This document shows, piece by piece, positions 17,642 through 38,157 of a stretch of DNA of 64,000 nucleotides. Source of the DNA: the human T2T-CHM13v2.0 reference genome, Homo sapiens. Positions within the stretch are counted from its first letter, which is position 1. Every line of letters starts with the position of its first letter. The notes beneath the pieces were generated by a model. That model saw only the letters and a list, made by a program, of their open reading frames with translations, was not told where the DNA came from and did not search any database. Made by a program: the position numbers and the translations under genes. The stretch is taken from assembly GCF_009914755.1 (NCBI RefSeq), contig NC_060942.1. One strand, written 5' to 3'.

Positions 17642-17839
17642 TAAAACAGAGAATTGACTTGAATTATATACGTTATTTTTGTCTTCATCACAAATGGGCA
17701 TTTTTCACTGCATATGCTGGCTATGTTTTATTTGCCAATTAAATATTATTTGTATATGTAATGTATACACAAAAACATACATTACATGTATATGTAACGT
17801 ATACACACAAAGACATAAAAACACACAAAGACATAATAT

Positions 17840-18131
17840 TTTTTTTTAAATTTTTTAATTTTTATTTTTTGAGATGCAGTCTTTCCCTGTCAGCCAGGCT
17901 AGGCGTGATCACAACTCAGTGCAGCCTCAACATCCCTGGATTCAAACTACCTTCCCACCTCAGCTTCCCAAGTAGCTGGGACTACAGGTGCATGCCAGCA
18001 TGCCCAGCTAAATTTTTTTTTTTTAATTGCTATATTGCCCAGACTGGTCTCAAACTTTTGGGCTCAAGCAGTCCTCCCACCTCAGCCTCCCATACTGCTA
18101 GGATTACAGGTATGAGTCACTGCACCCAGCC
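17840..18131 (-). mobile_element. AluJ
   Basis: Antisense Alu; a monomer also lies at 18525-18685. Confidence 0.85.
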
Positions 18132-19420
18132 CCTTTTTTATATTTTATATGTACCCTGATTAGGCCTACTTTTTAAAATGTACCTAAAGACAGGAAGGAA
18201 ATACTAACAAAAAGTAAATAAAAATGTATAGCAGAGTATTTATTAGTCAGTATTTTCTCAGATTACTAAACAAAGCTTTTCACGGCCTGTAATTGCATAG
18301 GAATGGGGACTTGAAGGAGAATGGTGTCTCATTAAGAGTCTACTATGTCAGTAAACTTGTTATTTCATCTTATAAATCTAAAAATAGATTGAGGAAACAG
18401 CTGTATGTTGAACTCAGATCTATCAGATTCTAAAATCTGCCACCCTGCAACTAGTCAGTACTCAAAGGAACAGCATGGGAAATCCTGACGGGTCATAGTT
18501 ACTATGTTGATAAGGGTAATACTTTTTCTTTTCTTAAGAGAACGGTTTTCACTTGCCCAGGCTGGAGTGCAGTGGCTACTCACAGGCACAGTCATAGCTC
18601 ACTGTAGCCTCAAACTTGTGGGCTCAAGTGATCCTCCTCCCTCAACCTCGCAAGTAACTGGGACTAGAGGCATGCACCACCACCTCCCCCCCCCCCATAC
18701 CCTAATACTTTTTGTGAGAAGAATTTTTTTCTCCAGGAGGGCTTCTTTATCTCTGTAATCCCTGGAGACTAAGTTAAGGATCATTGATTTAGGGAAAGTA
18801 TGGATTTGACATTTAGGGCTAACGTTTGTTCTAGAAACGAGTTATCCTCTCTGTTTCTGGTATTCTCCCTCTTACTGGGATTGAATTAACTAGAGCTCCT
18901 CTCCACCTATGTTGAAGGGAAAGTCTCTGACACCCCAATCAACTACCATCTCTGAAATTCCATTGTTATCATCTACTGGCTTCAATTGCTCTTCCTATTG
19001 TGTGGGAAGGACAGGAAGACAGGGGACATAGAGCTGCCTTCCTCATATGTGTCTCAGTCTTGGGCCTTGCCCCTTCCCCTAGTCATTCTGTGACCACTCT
19101 TCACATGAACAGTTATGTCATTCATACTGTCATTTGGAACCAGCTTTAGAGGCTTCTTTTTTTCTTTCCTTGTCAAATGAAACTGTTATTTATTGTTAAT
19201 ACAAACTAATAGAGGGTAGTAGTACAGATAAAACCAAGTAGATTTTTTATATGGTCAATATTGTTTCCATTTCTAAGGGCATAATAGCTGATCATTTAGA
19301 AGTATCACTTGTGGTGGATTGGGAATTGATTGTATGATCAAAATGATGTGCAATATATTCATGTTTTCCATATTGTCTTTTTTTAAATTTAAAAAGTCAT
19401 GTGCTTTAATATCTTTTTAA

Positions 19421-19594
<174 letters not shown>

Positions 19595-19676
19595 TGACAC
19601 AAATCTATAAATTACTGATAATGAAAATTTATATTCTTATTTTGCTTATCAGTCATAGTTTTATCAGTTTTTTTAG

Positions 19677-19880
<204 letters not shown>

Positions 19881-20160
19881 TGATTTCTTTTTAAATTTGT
19901 AGACTTCAGTTTTAATGTGTATCATGTCCATTTGATGATACATATACAAACGACTAGCCTTTTCAAAACCAATTTAAATTCTGCAAATTGATAAGCAACA
20001 TAAAAGTAGGCAAAACGTAGGAATGAATGGACCAGGATGCAAATTTAAATAGATGTTTTGGGGCTACGAAATTGTCTAAGACTCAAAACAGTGTCTGTTA
20101 GGATTGGAAAAAAGTACTGTCAGGTAATTTTGGTGTAAAATGTAATTTGCTGTAGCCCTT

Positions 20161-20740
20161 TGTATTGGTTTTCTAGGGCAGCCATTAACTGATGTGAATA
20201 ATAGAAATATTACTGTCCCACAACAGACTGGGTGGCTTAAATAATAGAAATTTATTGTATCACAGTTCTGGAAGCTGGAGATCCAAATTCACAGTTTCAG
20301 GAGGGTTGGTTACCTCTAAAGACTGTGAATGAAGGATCTGTTCCAGGCCTCTCCCTGCCTTGGAGATGAGGACTCTCTTCCCCCTGTCTCTTCACATCTG
20401 TGCGTGACTGTGTTCAAATTTCCCCCTTGTTGTAAGGATACCAGTCATACTGGATTAGGGCCCACCGCAGTGACCTCATATTAACTTGATTATCTCAGTA
20501 AAGACCCTATCTCCAAATAATGTCACATTCTGGGGGACTGGGGGTTACGGACTTTAACATGGATTTGTTGGGGGCTGGTCCCAAACAAAGGTAATGAGTT
20601 ATCTCAATTGATTGTTCACCATCAGCTACAGATCTAACTCTGTTTTATTCTTTCCTCCCCTTCTTACTAGTCTACTTGACTGGTCTTGTAAAAAGTAAAT
20701 AAATAAAAGATTATAGTGGAGCACAGTTTAGCCCATAGCA
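20161..20740 (-). mobile_element. MLT1 (MLT1B/C-like) MaLR LTR, interrupted by the Y RNA copy
   Basis: tgtattggttttctagggcagcc ... cacagtttagcccatagca termini. Confidence 0.8.
20573..20687 (+). pseudogene. Y1 RNA (RNY1) retropseudogene
   Basis: GGCTGGTCC...GAGTTATCTCAATTGATTGTTCAC...ACTTGACTGGTCTT matches hY1; followed by an A-rich tail. Confidence 0.9.
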
Positions 20741-21587
20741 CCTTTGCAGGGGAGTTTGGTAAAATAAATATTTCAGTTATTTACTGCTGCTATATATATA
20801 ACACTCTAAATTGTAAGTTTAAACAACAACATATTAGTCCTCTTTGTAGATTTCTCCAAGTGATGTTGGCTAGTTGAACTGGGGTGGTGGCAGCTCTAAA
20901 ATGCCTGCCTTATGTAGCTGGCAACTGGTACCTGTTGTCATCTGGCATCAGCTGGTATTAGCCAGGGGTTCTTTTGGGGATGTCTGCTAGGGTTATTGTT
21001 CTCACCCATGAGGGTGAGATAGAGTAGGGTAATGCCATTTAGAGTTTTAGAAGCCCTTTTGTCTAGCTAAGAGGATCCAGGAGGGCAGTAGTTTAAATCT
21101 TTCAGAGGTCTTAACAAAGGAACATCCTTGACTTGATTTTAACCCTAAAGCCACATGTTATAGGCAGTACCCTGGATTGATCTAAGCCAGTATCTGTAAA
21201 TAGTGTATTCTAGAATCACGGGGACTATAGGGATCATCTAGGATGATCTAGGACGAGTGAGAATAGATGAGAGACCTTAAGCTGAGAACAAATAATGGAG
21301 AGCTGGACATGTGATGCATGCATGTAGTTCCAGCTACTTGGGAAGCTGAGGGAGGTTTGCTTGAACCCAAGAGTTCAAGGCTATAGGCTGTCGTGTGCTC
21401 TGATCATGCCTATGAATAGCCACTGCACTCCAGCCTAGGCAATATAATGCGATTCTGTCTAAAAAAATAAAAATTGTTAAAGAGGTGGGGGATTTGTCCC
21501 AAGTCACACTTTACTAATTTATGGCAGAGCTAGAACTAAACTGGTATGAGTAATTTTTCTTTGGGCCTCGTTAAGAAGCAATAATAG

Positions 21588-21914
<327 letters not shown>

Positions 21915-22259
21915 TTAGTTTAGGAAAACTAAATTACTGGGATTTTGAGCATTATATAGCTAATTGGAAAATGGTATTTGGCATCTTCATGAACGTTTCC
22001 TTGTAAACCTAATATTAAGTATAATACACTGTACCAGAAACTGGCTGTGGGTGGGAGAGCTACTATATTCTGGTAGTGATTAGCATTTTTATATATCCCG
22101 AATTATGAAATAGAAACATACCCATTAAATGTTATGATAACATGGAATCAGTTTGGAGACGGTGAGAAGCTTGCTGGTAAGGATTGAACTAACTAATAGG
22201 ATGGTAACCGGAAGACTCCTGTTCAATGAGATATTTGGATACTTACTATGTATGAGACA

Positions 22260-22470
22260 CAGTAGTGTGCTATTATGTGTTGAACTAGCTCTCTGAGGAG
22301 GCATGTGGAAGTCCCTGATTTGTAGCTTTTGCCAATTTCTATGGTGTAAGTACTTGTATCATGGATGATTTCCAGCAGTCTGTATGAAGTCCTTCATGCC
22401 TATATGAATGTGGTGTTCAGGAGACCTGGCTTTCATGACCCAGTACAAGCTGGTTCCAGCGTATCACTAG
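22260..22470. mobile_element. MER63-like hAT element
   Basis: cagtagtgtgct ... tttgccaatttctatggtgtaa ... gctggttccagcgtatcact. Confidence 0.55.
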
Positions 22471-22559
22471 GCACAGTGCACTGAGGGTTATACAGTGATG
22501 AATTAGACAAACCAGATAGCCTTTGGAAACTCCAGCTGAGATTAGCTAAAATGCTATTT

Positions 22560-23620
22560 CAGATATGTATCTTAATGAACTGGCAAGAGAGTCAGGATTC
22601 TAAGTGGAAGTGGGAACCTGGAGAGACAAACAGAACACTAATGCCAGATTTTTGCAGTGAGAACGTTTGCCAAACTAATTGAACTTAAGCATTGATTTTT
22701 CACTCCCTCGAGGGGCTTTAGGATAGGAGACAAAACCCAGGGCTCTAAACAACATGGGGAGTCTGATAACTGGGGACACCCCCTCTGTGGGGGGAAACCT
22801 TAGTATAAGGGTAAACAAACATATAAACCTGCCACCTTCCTCTCAACTCCAGCTGCTTCAGGGAACTACCAGAAAAGTCTCTCTCTTGAACTTTGGCACT
22901 AAGCGGAAAAGTAAAAAAGTTAAACATTTTTCTAGAGAATTCATCAACATAACAATTGACTCTAATATCTGTTTGCAATGTGTATTCATACTACTTGGAT
23001 GTTCTGAAAACCTTCACGGTAAACATTTGGTTTCATGTGCTGGACTAGTAGTATCCTTAGATACCTGATTGAAGCAAATAAATGTTTTCTGGGGGAATTT
23101 CACCATTGTTTTTGAATGGAAATAATTTCCACATTGAAAATGAGAGCAAATATTTTTAAAGTGTTAATATTTGATTAATATAGTTCAAAAAATGAAAGTG
23201 TTGAAAATGAGAAAAGAACAAGTTAAATTGAAAAATATCTATATTAATAGTTGATTAATATAGTTCAAAAAATGAAAGTGTTGAAAATAAGAAAAGAATA
23301 AGTCAACTTGAAAAAATCAAATAGAGCTTCTAAAAATCAAAAGATACAATAGAAATTAAATACTAACTGAACAGGTTTAACATCTTAAGAATTTGTGAAT
23401 TAAAAAGAGGGTCAGAAAAAAATATTCAGACTGCAACCCAGAGAGAAAGAGAAAATGGAATGTAAGACAAAGAAGTTGAAGAGACATGGAGGGTAGAATG
23501 AGAGAGCATCTAACCAAAATGTAATCAGAGTATCAAGAGGAGAGCGTTTATAAAAGGATTATAGGCAATATTTGAAGAACTGATGGCTGAAAATATCTTA
23601 AAACTGATGAAAGATACCAA
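22560..23620 (+). mobile_element. Old L1M/HAL1-like 5'/ORF1 fragment
   Basis: A-rich ORF1-like sequence (gagacatggagggtagaatgag...gaactgatggctgaaaat). Confidence 0.5.
23164..23318. repeat. 80-bp tandem duplication (about 2 copies)
   Basis: ttgattaatatagttcaaaaaatgaaagtgttgaaaat at 23171 and 23251. Confidence 0.9.
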
Positions 23621-24005
23621 TACTAGTTTTGCAAAAATGTTGTAGCACATACGTGACAAAAAAGGAATAGAATTTGTTCTTCATAATTGATAATAGCACA
23701 TATTGATTTCCTTGCTTCCAGGTTTCTAAATGAAGTCATATGTAACTTTGCCAATCAAATGTTATTTTAAAACTCTTCTAAGAAAAAGCTCTTATGACAT
23801 TCCTTGGTAACATTGTTGAGTTTCAGAGTTGTAATATTGTTCATTCCAGAATTTGCAGAATTTGCAAACACCATGATAACTTTTTTTGTCCTAATAGTGT
23901 ACTTAGTGAGGTAGAATCAAGGTTGAGGGAGAATTGAGAAACTGTCTGTGAAAGTAGTATTTCCAGAATCATTATAAAAGGAGAGCCAAACTGTCTGTCC
24001 TTCTA

Positions 24006-24488
<483 letters not shown>

Positions 24489-25112
24489 TCACCACTAGAA
24501 AACATATAAACCCAAACCAAAACTAAGAAATTAAGTTGTGGTTATTTCTTGTAAAAACAAATGATTTTTGAATTTGTAAATACTGGCTTTACCAAAGAAT
24601 TCACCACAGGATTTCTTCAAATAACCATCTTAATTACATTTACTTTATCTTGTATTTATATAATTCAGAGACTATTTAGCCCCAATATTAGGTTGGACTA
24701 CGTTTTTATACTTGTTAAAAATTAGTGTTTTTCTTCATTCATTAATATATGTATACTATTTCATTGTATGGATGTGCCGTAATTTACTTGTATAACTTGT
24801 TGAGACATGTAAGTTTACTACTTTTCATTATTAAAACAATATTTCCGTATACATCGTTCACATCTGTTACTATTTTTTCCTGATTAGATTCTTAGAATTG
24901 CTGAATCGTGCAGAATGTTAAACTTTTTAACACTTGTCCCATTTCCTTTGAGAAGGGCTGTCCCAGGGCATATCAGTACAAGAAGGCCCTTTTTCCATAG
25001 CCCCCCACCAAAGTTGTGTGTGTGTGTGCATTTTAACATATTGAGTAGTAAAAATATCTTATTTGAATTCCACGTCTCTGGTTACCAATGAAGTTTAACT
25101 TTTATTTTTTAA

Positions 25113-25498
<386 letters not shown>

Positions 25499-26075
25499 CA
25501 TTAAGAATTTAATTCTTAATTAACCCTTCATCTTTTCCCATCCATGACTTCAGTTTTTCTACATTATTTCAGTTCCCCTAACTCTCAAATTATCACCTCT
25601 TTATCTTCCCATACCTAAAACCATAGTATTATCTTTGGAAGAGTCAGTCTAGTGCTTTCCAGTCTGTATTTTCTTCAATGTAATATTCTCCTTTTGCTAT
25701 CCTTTGGTCATCTAAAAAACTTAAATCTAACAGAGGAAACTGGGTTGGTGATGCTACCTTGATACTTAACTGCCATGGGTTCCAAAGCACAGAACTCTCT
25801 GGCCTGTCCTCTTCCTTCCACTTATCAATCCATCATTTACTTTTTTCACTTGCGTTGTCACTGTTCTAGTTTAGGCTGACATTTGAAAAGTTGTCTAATT
25901 CATCTCTCTGCCTCTGGATTTTTCCCTCCAGTTTATCTTACATATTGCTAGTTACTAAGTTTTTGAAAATACTACTGTGATCCTGTCATTTCTAATCTCA
26001 GAAACTTTAAATTATTTCTCCTTTTTTGGAGCAGTTTAAGTTGCTCACTACTTACTATTCACTTATTTACAATAG

Positions 26076-26279
<204 letters not shown>

Positions 26280-26991
26280 TAATTTAATTTTACTCTTATT
26301 TTTCTAAGAGCTTATGTTTTGAGAATCTAACATGAAAAATTAACAAATGTAAGTAAGTAACAAATGTAAGTAAGATGTTTTTGTCTACTACTTTCAGCTT
26401 TTTTATATCAGGTAGTTTAGAGTTATGTAAATAGTAGCTTTATCCTTTGTATTTTCATTCTTATATGTAGTGCATGCCTGTGTTCCCAGCTACTCAGGAG
26501 GCTAAGACAAGAGTGTCGCTTGAGCCCAGGAGTTTGAGGTCAGCCTGGGCAACGTAGCAAGACTCCATCTCTTAAAAAAAAAAAAGAAGAAATTTCTGTC
26601 ATTATTGAATAAGTCAGTATTTTATTACATAATCATAATACTTATTTCTATCTTGAAATTTGTAACTATCTAGAACAATTAAGGCTTATTAGAAAGTGTA
26701 TGACATGTGATCTCCTGCCCCTTTTTCCCTTCCACAGGCTGTGTCCCTTTGCATCTAATTAGCCAATATAATTGTCCCTGCACGTCTGTGCTCTGAAGTG
26801 CATATACTTACCAGGAAGTCTCCTTACCATCCATTAGCTTAGAGCCTATTTGCTCTTAATTTATATAATTAATTCTGATACACTCAACTCTACTTTCCTA
26901 ACACAGAGCAGTTTGTTGTTAACTTTCTTTTAATTGAAAAATACATATAACATAAAATTTACCATCTTAACCATTTTTAAGAGTACAGTTT

Positions 26992-28383
<1,392 letters not shown>

Positions 28384-28613
28384 CTACCACCACTCCATAC
28401 TCAAAGGATAACAACTTTCTTGACTTATAGTAGCTTAGATTAATTTTGCCCATTTTAGTACTTTATATACTTGGTATTGTGCGGTGCGTACTTTTTTATA
28501 TGTCTAGTTTTGTTCAACACTATGCATGTAGTTCATTTTCATTGCAGGATAATACTTCATTGTGTGAATGAAATGTACAATTTATTTATTCTACTGTTGA
28601 GGAATTTGAGCAG

Positions 28614-29026
28614 TGTCTTAGTCTGTTTTGTGTTGTTATAAAGGAATACCTGAAGCTGGGTGATTTATAAAGAAAAAGATACTTAATTTGGCATACACTT
28701 CTTCTGGCTGAAAAGTTCAAGATTGGGCATCTGCATCTGGTGAGGGCGTCAGGCTGCTTCCTATCACAGTAGATGAAGAGCTGGCATGTGCAAAGATCAC
28801 ATCTCAAGAAAGGAAGCAAAAGGGAAGGGGAGGGAAGGTGCCAGGCTCTTTAAACAACCAGCTTTTAGGAACAGAGCAAGAATTCACTCACTCCCAAGGG
28901 ATGGCACTAATCTATTCATGAGGGATCTGCCCTCATGACCCCAACATTAGGCCTCACCTCCCAACACCACCATACCAGGGATCAAATTTTAACATGAGCT
29001 TTGGTGGGGACAAACCAACCATAGCA
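28614..29026 (-). mobile_element. MST (MSTB-like) MaLR solo LTR
   Basis: tgtcttagtctgttttgtgttgttataaaggaatacctga ... caaccatagca. Confidence 0.8.
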
Positions 29027-30229
29027 GGTAATTTCCATTTGGGGCTATCAGTTCAGCCTCAGAAGTTTTTTAATTAGTAGTTGAGAAAGGTGGTGGGAAG
29101 AGGAGTCATACTTCTGTTTATGACATCAGTGGACACATACAGTCTCTACAATGAGTGAATATCTAAAGAAACTGATAAGAAATCAGAGAAAACATTTTAA
29201 TCAAAGTCAGTGAATTAATGTAAAAGGCCTAGACTCTATACCTAAGCATTTTATGGCAGTAGTTCCCAAAACCAGAAAGAATTACCTGTGGAACTTAAAA
29301 AATACACAGATGTCATATTTAATAGTTGCTTAGCTTTCTTGACAAATATATTCAAAGATACACTCCCACATACAGACTAATGATTCATTGATAAGAACTC
29401 AAAGGAGACCGTTTAAGGTTACTAATATATATAAAGTACTTTTGATTGTAAGCAATAGCAGCCATGCATGACTACTTTAAGCCAAACAGGAATCTATTGG
29501 AAGGAAACTGGAAGAAATCACAGATTTAAAGGAGATGGAAACAGCCAAGACAAAGTCAAAGATAACTCTGGGACAGTCAGCAGCCTTGGGCTCCATATAC
29601 CTTCACCCTAAAGTTTTAATATAACTTAACTCCCACCAGTCCTAGGAGAGAGAAATGCCCACCACCTTCCAGGTCAGCCAGACTTAGTAAGGATCAAATA
29701 AAGCAAACAGTTTTGGAGACCCTCCCCTGGGTATCATGGAATCATTCTCAGAGCAAAAGCAATTTTGAGGAAGGCCATCACCATAAAAATTGTCAACTGC
29801 TAGCACAGTTATAAGCAAAGTATTTGTTTTCTAAATAATTTGCCTATACGTTGTCTTGCATGATTAGTATAAGAGCAAATCAGAGCATAAGAAAAAAAAA
29901 TTACTGGACATTTACATATTATAAAATATTACGTTGCAGACACCCTGTTAAGGTTGTCACATGAATGATCGTATTTACTGCTGTTATCTTCATTTTATAG
30001 ATGAAGAAGTTGAGGTTCAAAAAGGTTAGATAGCTTTCTCATGTTTAGAACAGTGTGTGTATTCGTTAGCACATTGAAAAAAGTAGAAAGAAATATACTT
30101 TTAATTCTGGGTTATATAATTGAGATAATTTTCTCCATTATCCCTTTCTATATATTTTTCCAGACTTGCCTCAGTGAGCATTGTATCACTTTTATAATCA
30201 GAAAAATTTACTTATTGTTTTTAATATTC

Positions 30230-30973
30230 ATTTATTTTATTTTATTTTACTTTTTGAGACAGAGTCTCGCTCTGTTGCCCAAGATGGAGTGCAGTGGCTT
30301 GATCTAATTGCAACCTCCACCTCCCAGGTTCAAGTGATTCTTGTGCTTCAGCCTCCCAAGTGCTGGGATTACAGGTGCACGCCTCCATACCCAGCTAATT
30401 TTTATATTTTTGTAGAGATGGGGTTTCACCATGTTGGCCGGGCTGGTCTCGAACTCCTGCCCTCAAGTGATCTGCCCACTTAAGCCTCCCAAAGTGCTAG
30501 GATTACAATGTGAGCCACCTCCCCTGGCCAAATTAATATTCTTTTAATGTATAATTGATCTTCTAGGAAACATGCCTAAGCAAACAATCCTAACTACAGA
30601 CAAGGCATTGTTTTATTCAAATGAATATCACAGCTTTGTTTTTCTTTTTTTGTTTGTTTGTTTGTTTTTTGAGACAGGGTCTCACTTTGTTGCCCAGGCT
30701 GGAGTGCAGTGGCACAATCATGGCTCACCATAGCCTTCTAACTTCCTGGGATCAGGTGATCCTCCCACCTTAGCCTTTCGAATAGCTGGGACTACAGGCT
30801 TGTGCTACCACACTGGCTAATTTTTTTGTATTATTATTATTTTTTTTTTTTTTTGGTAGACATGGGGTTTTGCCATGTTGCTTAGCTGGTCTCAAACTCC
30901 TGGTCCCAGGCGATCTGCCTGCCTTGGCCTCTCAGAGTGCTAGGGATTACAGGTGTAAGTCACTCTGCCTGGC
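30230..30973 (-). mobile_element. Two antisense Alus (30230-30529, 30640-30973)
   Basis: Alu consensus in antisense. Confidence 0.88.
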
Positions 30974-31188
30974 TACAGCCTTGTTTTTCAAGTAAAACAT
31001 AGAAATGTTAAATCCTTTAATTGAATTTGTAATCTGGAGAATGTCTGTGTCAAGGCTAAGTGGAAGGTGAATAAAAATACAAATATCACACGTTAAAAAT
31101 TAAACCTTTAAACCTGTGGAATGAAAAGAAAAAAGTGAGAGAGTAGACCTTCTGTTTTTTTCTCCCCCCACCATTTCTTGTTTCCTAT

Positions 31189-31409
31189 ACAGACTTAGGA
31201 TGTTTCAACTTACATTTTTCAACTTCACAGTAGTGTGAAACCAATACACATTCAGTATGCTTCTCAACTTATAATGGGGCTGTGTCTGGATAAACTCTTA
31301 ATAAGTTGAGAATATCATAAGTTGGAAGCGCACTCTCAACTTTTACAATATTTTCAAGTTATGATGGGTTTATTGGGACATAACTTCATCGTAAGTTGAG
31401 GAGCATCTG
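31189..31409. mobile_element. MER47/Tigger5-like MITE
   Basis: ...gatgggtttattgggacataacttcatcgtaagttgaggagcatctg terminus. Confidence 0.7.
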
Positions 31410-31537
31410 TATTATTTCAAGTGTTCTGTAGAGATCTTGGGAATAGAAATACTTTTAAAATGCAAAGGAAATAACTAAGGACACTGTAGAAGCCAGAATG
31501 TAGACAGAAGAGAAAAAGAGATGTTAATAATAACTCA

Positions 31538-34220
<2,683 letters not shown>

Positions 34221-35017
34221 TAATACATAGTTTGTAATCATGACATCATCAAAAGTATTAACATTTTTATTATGTTCATATTCTTCAAAATATTATATAT
34301 CTGACCAGGTTAGACATTTCTTATACTTTATTGCTTTCATACTTGATTTATTATAATACTGTCAATATTTCAGTCAATTATGATGGTTTTTTAAGTAAAG
34401 CTATTCTTAATATTTTTATGAATAGTGACGAAGATTAGTTAAGCACTCTGGCTTTCAGGGAAAGGGTGTTTTGTTTTGTTATGGGAATAGAGCAGTGTGA
34501 TGATCTCTCATGGACCTGTCACCTAGCTTTGATTATTAAAACATAGCCAGTCTTGTTTCATTTATACCCACCCTGTCACAGCTTGCCTCTATCCTCCTCT
34601 TCCTGCGTGGGTTATTTGAAGCAAGTCAAAGCAGAGGTTCTGGTGTATTTTTTCTTGTAGTTTTTCCCAGTCATAAGTGCTTATCAGTTTTTTTGCCAAT
34701 AAGTTTCTTCGAATTATGTGGAGCACAAAGTTTGAAGAGCACTAAATATTATTTAGGAAAGTCTACCTGTGCATCTAACTGCATAAATCCTTCAGTGGTG
34801 AGAAAGTTGCTTCAGACTTCTATTAACTCATGTTTGGGAAGTCCTTACACACTTACCTGATAACAGCCTTTCAGATATACTTTCCATCCTTTTGTGGTGT
34901 TTCTAGTAGCTTCACATAGTCATTTTCCTGGACATGTTGAAATAACCTATCTTAATATTGTGACTCATTTACATACAAAATAAGTATTATTTTATGTACG
35001 TAGAAAACATTGCTTGA

Positions 35018-35314
<297 letters not shown>

Positions 35315-35811
35315 ACATTGCTTTAATGTGGAATTAGAAATCAGACCAGAATAAAGTTCTCAATAAAGCGTAAGGAACTTAAGGGTCTTGTCGTCACTCA
35401 GTTTCACATATAGAATTTGTATTTAAATATGAATATGTTCACAAGCACACACAGATGTGTATATGTAATTTGGTCACTCATTCTAAGTGTAGATTTCTAG
35501 AATATTGGGTAGATTTCTTTTTAAAACACTACTCTTGACCCTTAAAGTATAGAATATCTTATGTTATACCTAATGTACTCTGTACTCTTAAGTAATTTCT
35601 TCCACAGTTTTACTTATAAACTACTTATATATGTTTAAGTGTTTGAATGTTTATATGTCCATTTCCATGGATATTGATCATCTTGGTGTGTGACTAGAGT
35701 CTTATCCAGATGCTAAATGTTTTAGGTTTTGCAAGTCAAGTGGCAAAATCAAGGATGATGTTATGAAGATATTTATATAACTATTTAAAATGTGACCATT
35801 TTAAACTGGAT

Positions 35812-36159
35812 AGGCCAGTGGGCTCACTCCTGTAATCCCAGCACTTCGGGAGCCCAAGATGGTTAGATCGCTTAAGCCCAGGAGTTCAAGACCAGCCTGG
35901 GCTCAAGCAGTCCGCTCACCTTGGCCTCCCAAAGGTCGAACAGCATAGTGAAACCCCGTCTCTAAAAAAATTAGATAGGTGTGCTGGCCAATTTGCCTGT
36001 AATCCGAGCTATTGCCTGTAATCCGAGCTATTCACGAGGCTAAGATGGGAGAATCACCTGAGCCCAGGAAGTTGAGGCTGCAGTGAGCAGTGATTATGTC
36101 ACTGCACTCCATTCTGGGTGACAGAGTGAGACCGTATCTCAAAAAACAAAAACAAAAAA
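35812..36159 (+). mobile_element. Rearranged AluJ
   Basis: Contains an inverted internal segment and a 19-bp tandem duplication. Confidence 0.85.
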
Positions 36160-36638
36160 CTGAATAAACCATTCTTGGCCAATGAGTGGTAGTGTACTAA
36201 CCCTTAGCCTAGAGTATAGTTACTATTTAATACTTAGTGTCTAGTAAATCATGGAGACAGGCAATAATCTCAAACCTGAATAATGTAATACTTTTTTGGA
36301 ATTTCAAAATTTATTTTTATGGCAAAAAGAACACTTGATCATTGTGGAAAAAAATTGGAACATACAGGCAAGCATCATGAATTTTTAAAAGAACTCATAA
36401 TTCCCAAACCTACAGATTAAACATTGTTAATAATTTATTGTATCACCTTCCAGCCTTTTGTCTATACATGTGGGAGTATATATAGTTTAAAATAAGTTGG
36501 ATTATTCTAACAATGTTGTTTTATGGTCCTTTTCTATATACTGTTCTGTGGTGGAAATTTTCCCAGGTCATTAATTTGAATAATGTAATACATTTTTAGA
36601 CAAAGTAATTTAAGAAAAGTTAAGTTTTTTGAAAGTGA

Positions 36639-36993
<355 letters not shown>

Positions 36994-37558
36994 TAAAAAT
37001 TCTGTGTTTAAAAATAATAGTCATGCTTTTTGGAAGCGATGATTTTCTTTTTTTACAGTACAAAAAATAAGAACAATTAATGAGTTGCATTGCTGCCAAG
37101 TTTGAACCACAGCATGCTCACTGTCAGTTACACTTACACATCTTTTTATTAGAAACCCCCTGTTACTCATCAGTTTTCATTTGGGAAATAGTGATTTCTA
37201 ACAACACAATATTTAATGTATTTGCCTTCTCCCTGCAAAATTTGTCCACATGGAATTATATTGAATACTGAATATCAGACAAGATATAAACACTGGCTTG
37301 AGAGAGTGATCCAATAAAAAACAGAGCACTTTTATATAGAGAACTCTTCCCTGACACAGAAGTAAACTTAAGTCAAACAAAGAAAATTAAATTTAACAAT
37401 TTTGTGCTGGGATCTTAACTATGCTTTTTTATTTCATTTGTTTATATTGAATGTTTTATGGCTTTAAAAGTAGATCCCCTATGTTACCATAACACAAATT
37501 CCAGTGTTGCTCATTTTTTCCCCTAAAACATGAGTTTGGTTTAATAGCAGTAATTTAA

Positions 37559-37837
<279 letters not shown>

Positions 37838-38016
37838 TGATTCAGAACTTAACAAAAACTCTTAACCTCCAAGTCCTATCTGATAAATGGTTATAAACTA
37901 TTCTTTCACCAGAAGTAATAGGCATTCTCAGTATACTTTCTTAATTCTTTTTCTATAAATTATGACATATTCATGTTTGCATTTCTCTAATTCCATTGTT
38001 TTTATTGTAAATTTAA

Positions 38017-38157
<141 letters not shown>

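Noticed and set aside
23164-23318. Direct repeats as a CRISPR-like array (also 10229-10318)
   Set aside because: Only two copies, no unique spacers and no cas genes, in primate DNA.
26341-26374. 17-bp tandem duplication containing GTAAGT ~100 nt after the exon 45 donor
   Set aside because: The exonic context (AAT|gt) is weaker than the authentic TAG|gtaagt; probably a slippage product.
28905-28920. TAATCTATTCA in the MST LTR as a DUX4 site
   Set aside because: It mismatches the AATCA half of the motif, too weak to call.
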